A stretch of 64,000 nt of DNA from Kiloniellaceae bacterium (GCA_009377535.1 WHTV01000007.1:1891-65890); one strand, 5' to 3'; shown: positions 8,487 to 17,054, counted from the stretch's first letter. Translations and numbers: made by a program. The notes: generated from the letters alone by a model not told the origin.

Positions 8487-8948
8487 TCAAATGGCACTTC
8501 TGTCTTCTTCCTCCCTCTGAAACCCCTGAACGGCCAGCACGGCGCGCGCTGCCTCTTTGTCGGCTTGCTCGCGCGATAGTCCGCCCTCGAATTCCACAAT
8601 TGCGGCTCGCTCCTCGAATTCCGCAATCAGATCGCTTTCCGCAGGCGTAACAGGTGTGCGCGGTGTAATAGGTCCCCCACTATCAAGGATTTTCAAGGGC
8701 TCTGCGCCGCTTGGGGCCGTTACACCGCCCGGGTCGGGCGGTGTGCAAGGGTGTGACGAAACGGCGTATTTGCCGGCTTCCGCAACACCTTGCACACCCT
8801 GCGACGGGCCGCGTGTAACCGGCGCCAACCGCACGGATGGGGCTGAGAGGCCCGGGTGCAAGCCGGCCGTTACACCTTGCACACCCGCTACACCCTGGCT
8901 CTTGGGGGCGGGCGCGGCCCAACGCGCGAAGAGGTCACGCATTGGCAT
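8487..8948 (-). CDS. hypothetical protein overlapping ori-like repeats; C-terminal FEERAAIVEFEGGLSR motif
   Basis: Overlaps the DUF927 gene stop; EERAAIxExxGGLSR-type motifs are typically seen downstream of satellite primases (recalled, not searched). Confidence 0.6.
   Translation of the reverse strand: MPMRDLFARWAAPAPKSQGVAGVQGVTAGLHPGLSAPSVRLAPVTRGPSQGVQGVAEAGKYAVSSHPCTPPDPGGVTAPSGAEPLKILDSGGPITPRTPVTPAESDLIAEFEERAAIVEFEGGLSREQADKEAARAVLAVQGFQREEEDRSAI
8645..8895. repeat. iteron-like ACACC/GGTGT repeat cluster, putative replication origin
   Basis: ACACCTTGCACACCC at 8785-8799 and 8872-8886; inverted GGTGTGCAAGGGTGT at 8740-8754; GTTACACC at 8719 and 8869; GTGTAAC at 8813; IHF-like TATCAAGGATTTT at 8681. 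Confidence 0.55.
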
Positions 8949-11379
8949 CGCCCTCCAAGATTCGGCCGGACACCCGGTAGACCCTCACCGGCCCGTCCGA
9001 GCCCGGCAACCTCACTGGTGTGGTCGATTTGCCCGCGGAATCGGGCAGGAGATACCCCCTGTTGCGCAGCACGCGCGCGACGGATTGGGGGTCGAGCCCG
9101 GCCGCAATCTCCCCTTTGAAGACGGGCGGGAAGATCAAGAATTCACTGCCGTCCGTAGTCTGGCGGCTGAAGCCGGCGCGATTGATCGTCGGTCGCCCAG
9201 GGTCCGCGCCGTCGAGCTTGGTGAACCGGCTTTCACCGTGACGGGCCAGGAAGTCGCGGACCCGCTCAAGGGCCTCTCTCTCTTCCGCTGGGAGCACTCC
9301 GCCGCGCTGCTCCAGCCAGTCCCTAAAGCACCGCTCAGCCGCCCCAGTCGACTCTCCATCCGACCAGGGCAAGATCCCCATAACCGTTGCCAGTTCGCCG
9401 GCGGCGGCAACCAGCCCGAAGCGCTGCGCTACGCGCCTAACCTGGCCGTCGGCGTTGTTGGGGCAGATGTTCGAAACAAAGCGCTCCACGGCCTCTCGAA
9501 CCTTCTCAGCTATCGCGTCGCTGTCATTGGCGACCTTCGCAACGAAAGCCCGGATCGGTGTGCCGTAGAAGCTTCCGGAGGCCTGCTGAAGGCGATTTGC
9601 GAGGGCAGCGGGCCCTTCCATGCCATGAAGGTCTTCGAACAGCCCCAGCCCAGCCCCGGCGTCCGCCTGGAGATCAACCAGCCGCGTTTCCTGTCCCGCC
9701 TGGATACGCTTTCCGGCTTCATTCAGCTTGTCGGCCAGCGACAGCTCCCCGGTGGAAAGAAACAGCAGCTGCCAGCGCGCCGGTGGGCGCGCCATCCCGT
9801 CTTTGCGCGCTCGGCTCTTGCCTTCGCCGTTGGCCAGCATATAGGCGGCTGCACCGGCTTCGCGCCCGTCAACCTGCCCCAACTCGTCCAAGCACAGGAG
9901 GGCATGATTGTGAGCCTGGGCCGTGCCTTCCAAGCCGTTGGCGGTTGCCCGCCAAGTGCGGATATAGGGTTTGCTGCCGCCGCCCCACATGCCGCCGGCA
10001 ATCCGCAAGGCGGTTGTCTTGCCAACACTTGAGGGGCCGCGTAGATGGAAGCCGCCGCCCTCTTGCGAAACGAACGGCAGCAGCGGCGCAGCAAGCGCTA
10101 CCGCCGCCGCAAAGGCCAAGCGGGAGTTGCCGACACAATAGGACCCGATTTCACGTTGCCAGCCAGCGAGGTCGCCCGCCGGCACGAAGGCGTGATCGAG
10201 GGGACTCTCGGTCTGGAGCCGAACCGGCTCGCCCCCCGCGCCATACGTCCGGTCAGGCAGGACATAGCAGCCGCCATGCCAGCCAATCCGGGGCACACAT
10301 CGCAATCGGGCGGGCGGCGCGGTCTGAGCGATGTAGTCGTGCAGCCGGGTCTTGCTCTTGGCGCCGCCGGAAAGCGACAGACCCAGCGCCAACAGCGTTT
10401 CGCGATAGCTCGAACCGTCGCCAGCAAGCATCGCCATCGGCATTGCCCATTCGTGGGCCGCGCCATCGCGGTCAATGACGCGCAACAGCCTGCCCCACTG
10501 CTGCCCCGATCCGTCCCGAGTGTCCGCCAGCACCTCCAGGCGCGAGCAAACCGGCTTCCAATCCATATCGCCGTCGTCGGTTTCCTCGCCGTACTCGACC
10601 CCGCGGGTCGTCAGCTTGAAAGGCCAGCAAACCGAAGCCGCCGGATCGAGGAACTCGAGCAGCCGATCTTCCTGGCCGGCGGCCTCGACCAGCGTTGCAA
10701 GCTGATCCGCCTGCCAGTCGACCGGCAGCGGGTCAGCCAGGTCCCATTTCTCCGGGAAGTCGGCTGGCACCGATACGATACCTATGGAAAGCGCGCCGGC
10801 CGCCGCCGCAAGGCGGGCAACCGTCTTGGCGTAGGCCTGCCCCTCATGGTCATTGTCCGGCCAGATGACCACCGTTCGCCCTGCCAGCGGTGACCAGTCG
10901 GCCTTGTCGGCCGCTTTGGCGCCGTTGGGCGACGTTGTGCTCACGTAGGTGGGGAATAGGGCCGCAGCGGCATCAGCCGCCTTCTCGCCTTCGACGACCA
11001 GCACCGGCACGTCCGGACGTGCCGCGAGTCGGTCAAGGCCGTAGAGAGGACGGGGAGTCAGCCAACCCTTCGAGCGCCATTCCTGGTGCCCGCCGGGCGC
11101 CTTACAATACGTAAGCGGTCGGAATTCCTTGCCGGCGGGAAGGTCAACCCGCCCTACGTAACCTAACGTAAGGCCCGCAGCGTCGCGGTAGGTGTACATA
11201 GCTACGTAACGTAAGGTCTGCCCACCTACGTAAGCATGAAGGGGCGGCTCTGGCGCTTCGGCGGGGACGGGCATAACAGGCTGCCAGTCCTCCATCTTCG
11301 ACCCATTGCCCTTAGATACGTCGGCAGCGCCCAAGTCCTGGCTCGGCGCTGCCGGCTCAAACATCGCCTCACGATCCAT
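8935..11379 (-). CDS. Toprim primase - DUF927 helicase fusion
   Basis: Toprim VLVVEGEKAAD and VVIWPDNDHEG; Walker A GPSSVGKTT; DUF927 WRATANGLEG and LCLDEL. Confidence 0.9.
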   Translation of the reverse strand: MDREAMFEPAAPSQDLGAADVSKGNGSKMEDWQPVMPVPAEAPEPPLHAYVGGQTLRYVAMYTYRDAAGLTLGYVGRVDLPAGKEFRPLTYCKAPGGHQEWRSKGWLTPRPLYGLDRLAARPDVPVLVVEGEKAADAAAALFPTYVSTTSPNGAKAADKADWSPLAGRTVVIWPDNDHEGQAYAKTVARLAAAAGALSIGIVSVPADFPEKWDLADPLPVDWQADQLATLVEAAGQEDRLLEFLDPAASVCWPFKLTTRGVEYGEETDDGDMDWKPVCSRLEVLADTRDGSGQQWGRLLRVIDRDGAAHEWAMPMAMLAGDGSSYRETLLALGLSLSGGAKSKTRLHDYIAQTAPPARLRCVPRIGWHGGCYVLPDRTYGAGGEPVRLQTESPLDHAFVPAGDLAGWQREIGSYCVGNSRLAFAAAVALAAPLLPFVSQEGGGFHLRGPSSVGKTTALRIAGGMWGGGSKPYIRTWRATANGLEGTAQAHNHALLCLDELGQVDGREAGAAAYMLANGEGKSRARKDGMARPPARWQLLFLSTGELSLADKLNEAGKRIQAGQETRLVDLQADAGAGLGLFEDLHGMEGPAALANRLQQASGSFYGTPIRAFVAKVANDSDAIAEKVREAVERFVSNICPNNADGQVRRVAQRFGLVAAAGELATVMGILPWSDGESTGAAERCFRDWLEQRGGVLPAEEREALERVRDFLARHGESRFTKLDGADPGRPTINRAGFSRQTTDGSEFLIFPPVFKGEIAAGLDPQSVARVLRNRGYLLPDSAGKSTTPVRLPGSDGPVRVYRVSGRILEGDANA

Positions 11380-11692
11380 GCCGCACCCCCAGCATGTCGG
11401 CCAGCCGCCTAGCGGCCTCCCCCTGTCGAAGGCCTGCGAGATAGGCTGCGAGCGAGATCACGTCACCGCCGGCATCGCCCGTGGCGAAATCCGCCCATTT
11501 CCCAGAGGTCAGATTGATCTTGAACGATCCTGGCCTTTGGTCGGTCCTGTTGGGGTTCCGGGCAACCCACTCATTGCCTAGCAGGCGCCCATCCGGCAGC
11601 CACCGCGCCACTAGCTCCGGGAGCCGCTGAAGGGCGGCTCGATTGATTTCCGGGAAGTTGGGGCCCGGATTTTCGCTGCCTCGCTTAGACAT
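11369..11692 (-). CDS. stand-alone primase N-terminal (zinc-ribbon-like) domain protein
   Basis: NPNRTDQRPGSFKINLTSGKWADFATGDAGGDVISL; start ATG 11692 overlaps the alpA stop and its stop overlaps the DUF927 start. Confidence 0.75.
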   Translation of the reverse strand: MSKRGSENPGPNFPEINRAALQRLPELVARWLPDGRLLGNEWVARNPNRTDQRPGSFKINLTSGKWADFATGDAGGDVISLAAYLAGLRQGEAARRLADMLGVRHGS

Positions 11693-11936
11693 GCTCGGAA
11701 CCCTGGTCAGAGGTAGTCCGGCGCAGGTTAGTCTCAGCCCAGGCAATGAGGTCGCGGCGACGATAGCGGACTGCCTTGCCACCGATTTTGACGTAGTGTG
11801 GCCCCCCGCCGCTCACGCGCCAGCCCTGCAGTGCGCGGACCGAAAAGCCAATGAAGGTTGACGCCTCGCTTTCGGTCAGCAGCCGATCCAAGTAGTCCGG
11901 ATCACGTGCCAGGTTTTCGGAGATATGTTGGAACAT
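11685..11936 (-). CDS. AlpA/Xis-like HTH protein (recombination directionality factor/regulator)
   Basis: LLTESEASTFIGFSVRALQGWRVSGGGPHYVKIGGKAVRYRRRDL, a typical HTH_17/AlpA pattern. Confidence 0.88.
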   Translation of the reverse strand: MFQHISENLARDPDYLDRLLTESEASTFIGFSVRALQGWRVSGGGPHYVKIGGKAVRYRRRDLIAWAETNLRRTTSDQGSEHV

Positions 11937-11937
11937 G

Positions 11938-12012
11938 GTGTTCGCCCTTCTGCTTGCTGTTGCGATGGGCGAACGCTAGGCGGCAAAACCGCCAACAAAT
12001 ATTCCAACAAAT
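11938..12012 (-). promoter_or_regulatory. alpA leader: CCAACAAAT direct repeats and RBS-covering hairpin
   Basis: CCAACAAAT at 11992-12000 and 12004-12012; GTTCGCCC...GGGCGAAC inverted repeat overlapping the RBS. Confidence 0.4.
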
Positions 12013-12022
12013 TGGATCGGGT

Positions 12023-12781
12023 TTATTGTTTCTTGGAGGCTCGGTCAGCCTTGAAAGAGCCTGACACAACCTGCCGGATTGTCTCATCCGACAAGTCTTG
12101 AAAGACCCCGGCCCGATCCGGATAGGCCTCACAAAGATATGCGCGGATTTCAGGATACAGCCGCTTCATCGGCGCTTCGAAATCGACCTTCCCGGCAGCC
12201 TTCAGCGCCTCATAGGCGGCGAAGACTTCCGATTTGACCGAGGGGCGCCCAACCGGCCTGGGCTCGCTCCTGTCGCCCCCTGTCGGTAGGAGCAGCTCGT
12301 CGACTGCCTTGGGCTCGATAAGCCGCACCGAGACGAACTCCAATCCGCTGCCGGACACCTTGCAGCCATCCCAGTCGATCCTGCCACCCCAAACGTCCGA
12401 TGGAATCAAGGCAGGCGCGTCAGCGACGTGGCGGGGGACAACAAACCCGAGGGCAAGGACCTCGCCGGAACGAATGCCGGCGACCGTATCGGCCTGCATG
12501 CGTTCCCACGCCGCTCGCAACTTGGCGTAGTAGTCTTGATTTGGCTTCATCGCCGCAAAAATTGCGAGGAGGCCGGTGCTGATATCCGGGGCAGGTTCCG
12601 TTGGCATGCTGAAGCCGGGAGGCTTGGCCGCGCACAGCTCGCGATAGGTGCGGATGCGAGCCGGCTTGGCAAAGCGTCCGGGACTGGCCTGTAATGTCGC
12701 GGCAGCCTGCCAAAGCGATAGCCGGGCATCAGGCGTGAGGCGTCGAACGAAATCAGGGGAGAAGGCGGCGGACTTCGCCAA
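12023..12781 (-). CDS. hypothetical protein of the element (possible regulator)
   Basis: 252-aa ORF between the att arm and alpA; C-terminal GRPS...SDETIRQVV HTH-like segment. Confidence 0.7.
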   Translation of the reverse strand: MAKSAAFSPDFVRRLTPDARLSLWQAAATLQASPGRFAKPARIRTYRELCAAKPPGFSMPTEPAPDISTGLLAIFAAMKPNQDYYAKLRAAWERMQADTVAGIRSGEVLALGFVVPRHVADAPALIPSDVWGGRIDWDGCKVSGSGLEFVSVRLIEPKAVDELLLPTGGDRSEPRPVGRPSVKSEVFAAYEALKAAGKVDFEAPMKRLYPEIRAYLCEAYPDRAGVFQDLSDETIRQVVSGSFKADRASKKQ

Positions 12782-12786
12782 TTCGC

Positions 12787-12823
12787 TGCTTACCTATTGC
12801 TTACCCGGCGCCTTCTGCTTACC
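12787..12823 (+). repeat. integrase arm-type sites (three TGCTTACC), right arm
   Basis: TGCTTACC at 12787, 12798 and 12816. Confidence 0.7.
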
Positions 12824-12863
12824 TGCGCTGCGCCACTCAAAATTCGCAAGCCATTGTTTTTAT

Positions 12864-12950
12864 TGGTGCCCCTGGCCTGACTCGAACAGGCACTCCCTTG
12901 CGGGAAACAGATTTTGAGTCTGTCGCGTCTACCAATTCCGCCACAGGGGC
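12864..12950 (-). tRNA. tRNA-Leu(CAA)
   Basis: GCCCCTG acceptor stem, ACAGA-CTCAAAA-TCTGT anticodon arm, long variable arm TCCC-GCAA-GGGA, GCCTG-TTCGAGT-CAGGC T arm, encoded CCA; 87 nt. Confidence 0.97.
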
Positions 12951-13033
12951 CCCGAAACTCCGGCCCGAAGCCTTGGCGCGGGCCGGAGAAAGGGCCGGAG
13001 ACGGCGGAAACCGCCGCGATCCGGCCGGAGCGC

Positions 13034-13061
13034 ATCATAGCCGGGGCGGCGCGCTTGGCAA
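13034..13061 (-). promoter_or_regulatory. sigma70 promoter for tRNA-Leu
   Basis: Minus strand TTGCCA, 16 bp, TATGAT. Confidence 0.55.
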
Positions 13062-13593
13062 CTGACGACTTGCCTTTCGCGGCCGCAAAGCCGGCGCATC
13101 GGGCGCAGCGCAGGGCCCGCTCGCGCTTTTCTATAGCACTGATTTGGCAGACACGTTTAAATGCAATGTGCAAGTGCTACGTTCAGATTTGTGCCATTTG
13201 CCGGGAGACTCTCGCCCTGTGCAGCTTTGCGAGGAGCGGGCCGGAGGAGGCGAAGTGCAGTCGAACGTGGCAGGCAGACGCTAGGTAGAGCACAGAGTCG
13301 GAACTTTAATGGTGGATGGGCGCGAGGGTTACGCTCCCCGCGCCTCAGAGGGAAGGACCTGGCATCGCGACAGCGGGACGTACGGCAGATCCCGCCGGTT
13401 TGCCTTCACCGGGCATGTGAGTCACCGGCATGTGGGTCACTGATTGTGTGGCGCACTGGGCAGTTAAGTGGTTTCTCACGGTAACGGGTTCGGAGATTGC
13501 GGACAGGCGGAACACCGCCGCCGAACTCCACTGCATTGCGATGGCTGCAGGACGTAGGAGAGGGACTCCCTTGCTTGTCTTGGAGTAGCCGTT

Positions 13594-14127
13594 GTGATGA
13601 AGAATGAACATGATTTTGACAGGGACGAAATCACTCACCGAAATGTGAAGGCCGTGGTCAAGTGGTTCAACGTGACCAAGGGCTTCGGCTTCGTACAGTT
13701 GAGCGAAGGCGCCCCCGACGCCTTCCTGCACATCTCCGTAGTGGAAAGAACCGGCAACCGCGAACTGTATGAAGGCACTGCCATCGTGTGCGACCTGATG
13801 CAGGGCCGCAAAGGATTGCAGGTGGCCGAGATCCACAGCGTGGAAGCGGGCGCCATGCCGGCGTTTTCCTCCGGCCACAGCCCTCACGGCGGACCAGGCG
13901 GACAGAGCGGCGGCGGCGCCGAGGTGATCGAAGGGACCGTGAAGTTCTTCAACACAGAGAAGGGCTTCGGCTTCGTGATCCCGGATAACGGCGGCAAGGA
14001 CATCTTCGTCTCAGGGCGCACCCTGGAACGTTTTGGCTTGCCGGCGCTGCAGCCGAACCAGCGTGTGCGGCTGCATACCCGCATGGGCCAGAAGGGACCG
14101 ATGGCCGAGCAGGTCGAATTGCTCTGA
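13594..14127 (+). CDS. cold-shock protein with two CSD domains
   Basis: VKWFNVTKGFGF...DAFLH and VKFFNTEKGFGF...DIFVS RNP motifs joined by a Gly-rich linker. Confidence 0.93.
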   Translation: MMKNEHDFDRDEITHRNVKAVVKWFNVTKGFGFVQLSEGAPDAFLHISVVERTGNRELYEGTAIVCDLMQGRKGLQVAEIHSVEAGAMPAFSSGHSPHGGPGGQSGGGAEVIEGTVKFFNTEKGFGFVIPDNGGKDIFVSGRTLERFGLPALQPNQRVRLHTRMGQKGPMAEQVELL

Positions 14128-14207
14128 GGTCTCGCCGGCGCGCGGCACGGCACCATCCCCGCCCCCGGGAAACGAACATCGTTTCCCCTGGCCGGCTGGA
14201 CTGAGCG

Positions 14208-14612
14208 CTATTGCAGCCGGCTCTCCTCTTCCTCCGGCAGGTCGGCGGGCGGCAGGTTGCAGGGGCCGGCCTGGTGATGCACCAGCTTCCAGCCTCCGCC
14301 CTCGCGCACGAAGACATTGGTGGCGGCCAGCAGACTCTCGCCGATCAGCTCGTAGCAGGTGACGAAGGCGGCGTCGCCGTAGCGGTGCGCCCTGGCGCCG
14401 CGCATCCCTATGCCGCCGGTATCGGGATTGGAAAGGATCGCCGCCCAGCTCTGCATCACCTGCTCGCGCCCGCTCAACGAAGGCCAGCCCGGATGGGTGC
14501 AGGCCACCGAAGCATCTCGCGCCCAGAGGTCTTCCATCGCCGCCATGTCCTTCATCTGGAAGGCGAGGTAGAAGGCCTCGTTGGCAAAGAGGATGTCGGC
14601 GTGCTCCTGCAT
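14208..14612 (-). CDS. NTF2/SnoaL-like protein
   Basis: ANEAFYLAF...MEDLWA...CTHPGW...WKLVHHQAGP. Confidence 0.85.
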   Translation of the reverse strand: MQEHADILFANEAFYLAFQMKDMAAMEDLWARDASVACTHPGWPSLSGREQVMQSWAAILSNPDTGGIGMRGARAHRYGDAAFVTCYELIGESLLAATNVFVREGGGWKLVHHQAGPCNLPPADLPEEEESRLQ

Positions 14613-14762
14613 GGCTCTCTGCTGGGGGTCGGGATGGCCCCGCAGCCTAACATGATCGCTGCCCGGTTGCCCCCGTCAACTGGCCCTGCTAAAGGGGGCT
14701 GCAGCGGAACCCCTGGCGCCCGGCGTTGCGGCGCCGGCAGGACGGAAAGGGTCTGATCGGGC

Positions 14763-15344
14763 GTGCTGCGGCGACTCTACGATTGGACCATGGACCTGGC
14801 CGGCCACCGCCACGCGCTGGTGGCGCTGGCCGTCATCTCCTTTGCCGAGTCCTCGTTCTTCCCGATCCCGCCGGACGTGCTGCTGATCCCGATGATCCTG
14901 GCGGCGCGCCAGCGCACCTGGCTGATCGCCACCGTCTGCACCGTCGCCTCGGTGGTCGGCGGCGTCGCCGGCTATGCCATCGGCGCCCTGCTGTTCGACA
15001 CCCTCGGCCAGCCCATCGTGGTGTTCTACGGCTACCTCGACCGCTTCCAGGAGTTCCAGGTCCGCTACGAGGAATGGGGGGCCTGGATCGTCGCCGGCGC
15101 CGGCTTCACACCCTTCCCCTACAAGGTGATCACCATCACCTCGGGGGTGATGGACCTCGACTTCGGCGTCTTCATGGCCGCCTCGACGATCTCACGCGGC
15201 GCCCGCTTCTTCCTGCTGGCGGCACTGCTGTGGCATTTCGGCCCGCCGATCCGCGCCTTCATCGAGCGCTACCTGCCGCAACTCACCATCATCTTCTTCG
15301 TGCTGCTGCTTGGTGGTTTCGTCGCCCTGCGCTATCTGTTCTGA
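14763..15344 (+). CDS. YqaA/DedA (SNARE-associated) membrane protein
   Basis: SFAESSFFPIPPD and TPFPYKVITI motifs. Confidence 0.9.
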   Translation: MLRRLYDWTMDLAGHRHALVALAVISFAESSFFPIPPDVLLIPMILAARQRTWLIATVCTVASVVGGVAGYAIGALLFDTLGQPIVVFYGYLDRFQEFQVRYEEWGAWIVAGAGFTPFPYKVITITSGVMDLDFGVFMAASTISRGARFFLLAALLWHFGPPIRAFIERYLPQLTIIFFVLLLGGFVALRYLF

Positions 15345-15367
15345 CGCAAGCGGAGCCCGACCGTCGC

Positions 15368-15892
15368 ATGACCCTGTCACAGCTCTTCCAGCATCCACGC
15401 ATCCTGCCGGGCCTGCTCGTGCTCGCCTGCCTCGGCGCCCTCGGCAGCGCGCTGGCCTCGCAGTACTGGGGCGGCCTTTATCCCTGCGTGCTCTGTATCT
15501 ACCAGCGCTACGCCTATGGCGCTGCCATGGCGGCCGCCGCCCTGGCCTTCCTGCTGGCGGGCTCGCCGCTCGGCCGTCGCCTGGGCCTGGTCGGCGCCGG
15601 GCTCGCCTTTGCCGCCGGCAGTGCCATTGCCCTCTTCCATGTCGGGGTCGAACAGAAGTGGTGGCGGGGCACCGCCGAATGCCACGCCCCTCAGCTGCCG
15701 GAGAATGTGACTGTCCAGCAGCTGCGCGAATTCCTGCTGAACCAGCCCTTTGCGCCCTGCGACAGGGTTCCCTGGGAGCTGTTCGGCATCTCCATCGCCG
15801 GCTTCAACGTCCTGGCCTCCGCCCTGCTGGCCGCGCTAACCTTGTGGGCAGCCTTCACGTTCGGCCGCCGGAAGGAGGAACGCCAGGGATGA
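15368..15892 (+). CDS. dsbB: disulfide bond formation protein B family
   Basis: PCVLCIYQRY CxxC plus a second Cys pair (AEC...APCD); four TM segments; true ATG at 15368. Confidence 0.85.
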   Translation: MTLSQLFQHPRILPGLLVLACLGALGSALASQYWGGLYPCVLCIYQRYAYGAAMAAAALAFLLAGSPLGRRLGLVGAGLAFAAGSAIALFHVGVEQKWWRGTAECHAPQLPENVTVQQLREFLLNQPFAPCDRVPWELFGISIAGFNVLASALLAALTLWAAFTFGRRKEERQG

Positions 15893-16497
15893 CGCCAGAG
15901 AAGAACGGCAGCAAGAGCCCGCCGCCGCAGGACGCGCCGCCAGCAGCCGAGACGCCGCCGCGCGGCACCCTGCCCGGCGACCTCGACCCCGAGGCGCGCC
16001 TGGCGCGCATCATCCGCGTCGACCACGCCGGCGAGTACGGCGCGCGGCGCATCTACGAGGGACAACTGGCGGTGCTCGGCAAGACCGCCTGCGCGGCGAC
16101 CCTGAGGCACATGCACGCGCAGGAACTCGCCCACCTGCGCACCTTCGAGGATCTGCTGGTGCAGCATCGGGTGCGCCCGACGGCGCTGCAGCCGGTCTGG
16201 CACGTCGCCGGCTTCGCGCTCGGCGCCGCCACGGCTTTGCTCGGCGAGAAGGCGGCCATGGCCTGCACCGTTGCGGTCGAGGAAGTCATCGACGCGCACT
16301 ACGCCGGCCAGCACGGGCAACTCGGGGACGATCAGGCGGCGCTAAAGGACGCCATCGAGACCTTCCGCCAGGAAGAACTCGAACATCGCGATATCGGGCT
16401 GAAACACGGCGCCGAGGAAACTCCGGGCTATGAGATCCTGACCGGCGCGGTGAAGGCCGGCTCGCGCCTCGCCATCTGGCTGTCGGAGCGGTTCTAG
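15889..16497 (+). CDS. coq7: demethoxyubiquinone hydroxylase (Coq7)
   Basis: IIRVDHAGEYGARRIYEGQ, ELAH and ELEH di-iron motifs; ATGA overlap with dsbB. Confidence 0.9.
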   Translation: MTPEKNGSKSPPPQDAPPAAETPPRGTLPGDLDPEARLARIIRVDHAGEYGARRIYEGQLAVLGKTACAATLRHMHAQELAHLRTFEDLLVQHRVRPTALQPVWHVAGFALGAATALLGEKAAMACTVAVEEVIDAHYAGQHGQLGDDQAALKDAIETFRQEELEHRDIGLKHGAEETPGYEILTGAVKAGSRLAIWLSERF

Positions 16498-17054
16498 GAC
16501 TCCAACTCGCTGTCCCAATAAAGAAAATCCCGCCAGCTTTCGTGGAGGAAGTTTGGCGGAAAGCAGCGGCCGTTTTCCTGCAGTTGGTAAGTCGATGGCT
16601 CCTGCACCGGCCTCAAGAGCCTCATGCCGCTCTCCCTGAGCAGGCGGTTTCCCTTTACCAGATTGCAGTCCTGGCAAGCGGTCACGACATTCTCCCAGGA
16701 CGTGCGCCCGCCGCGCGAGCGCGGAACGATGTGGTCGAAGGTAAGATACTCCGCCCGGAAATCGTCGCCGCAGTACTGGCACTCGAAAGAGTCGCGCAGG
16801 AAGACGTTGAAGCGGGTGAAGGCGGGCCGGCGGTCCAGGCTGACGTACTGCTTCAGCGAGATCACGCTGGGCAGCTTCATCTCGAAGCTGGGTGACCGCA
16901 CCACCGTGTCGTATTCCGAGACGATGTTCACGCGCTCGAGGAAGACGGCCTTGATGGCGTCCTGCCATGACCAGAGCGACAGGGGAAAGTAGCTCAACGG
17001 ACGAAAGTCTGCGTTGAGCACGAGAGCCGGATAAACTTGCGCAGCACCGGTCAT
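16494..17054 (-). CDS. HNH endonuclease (conserved alphaproteobacterial type)
   Basis: ALVLNADFRPLS; CQYCG...TFDHIVPRSRGG...NVVTACQDCN. Confidence 0.92.
   Translation of the reverse strand: MTGAAQVYPALVLNADFRPLSYFPLSLWSWQDAIKAVFLERVNIVSEYDTVVRSPSFEMKLPSVISLKQYVSLDRRPAFTRFNVFLRDSFECQYCGDDFRAEYLTFDHIVPRSRGGRTSWENVVTACQDCNLVKGNRLLRESGMRLLRPVQEPSTYQLQENGRCFPPNFLHESWRDFLYWDSELES

Larger units (their letters stand above)
2761..12920. mobile_element. ~10.1-kb integrative element (capsid-less phage-satellite/PICI-like island) in tRNA-Leu(CAA)
   Basis: Flanking 57-bp direct repeats, tyrosine integrase at one end, AlpA-like HTH, primase/DUF927 module, arm-type repeats on both ends, visibly more AT-rich cargo. 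Confidence 0.93.

Noticed and set aside
8645-8895. CRISPR array interpretation of the repeats
   Set aside because: Repeats are short, in both orientations and irregularly spaced, with no unique spacers or cas genes; no CRISPR array was seen anywhere in the window.
8557-10032. 491-aa plus-strand ORF (and similar long ORFs at 960-2282, 30476-32389, 32923-34713, 39105-41162, 43828-45411, 56379-58289)
   Set aside because: Antisense shadows of well-supported genes, expected in high-GC DNA; no motifs or RBS.
16494-17054. HNH nuclease as a mobile or defence gene
   Set aside because: Host-like codon usage and core-gene neighbours; this type is a common housekeeping-context HNH in Alphaproteobacteria.
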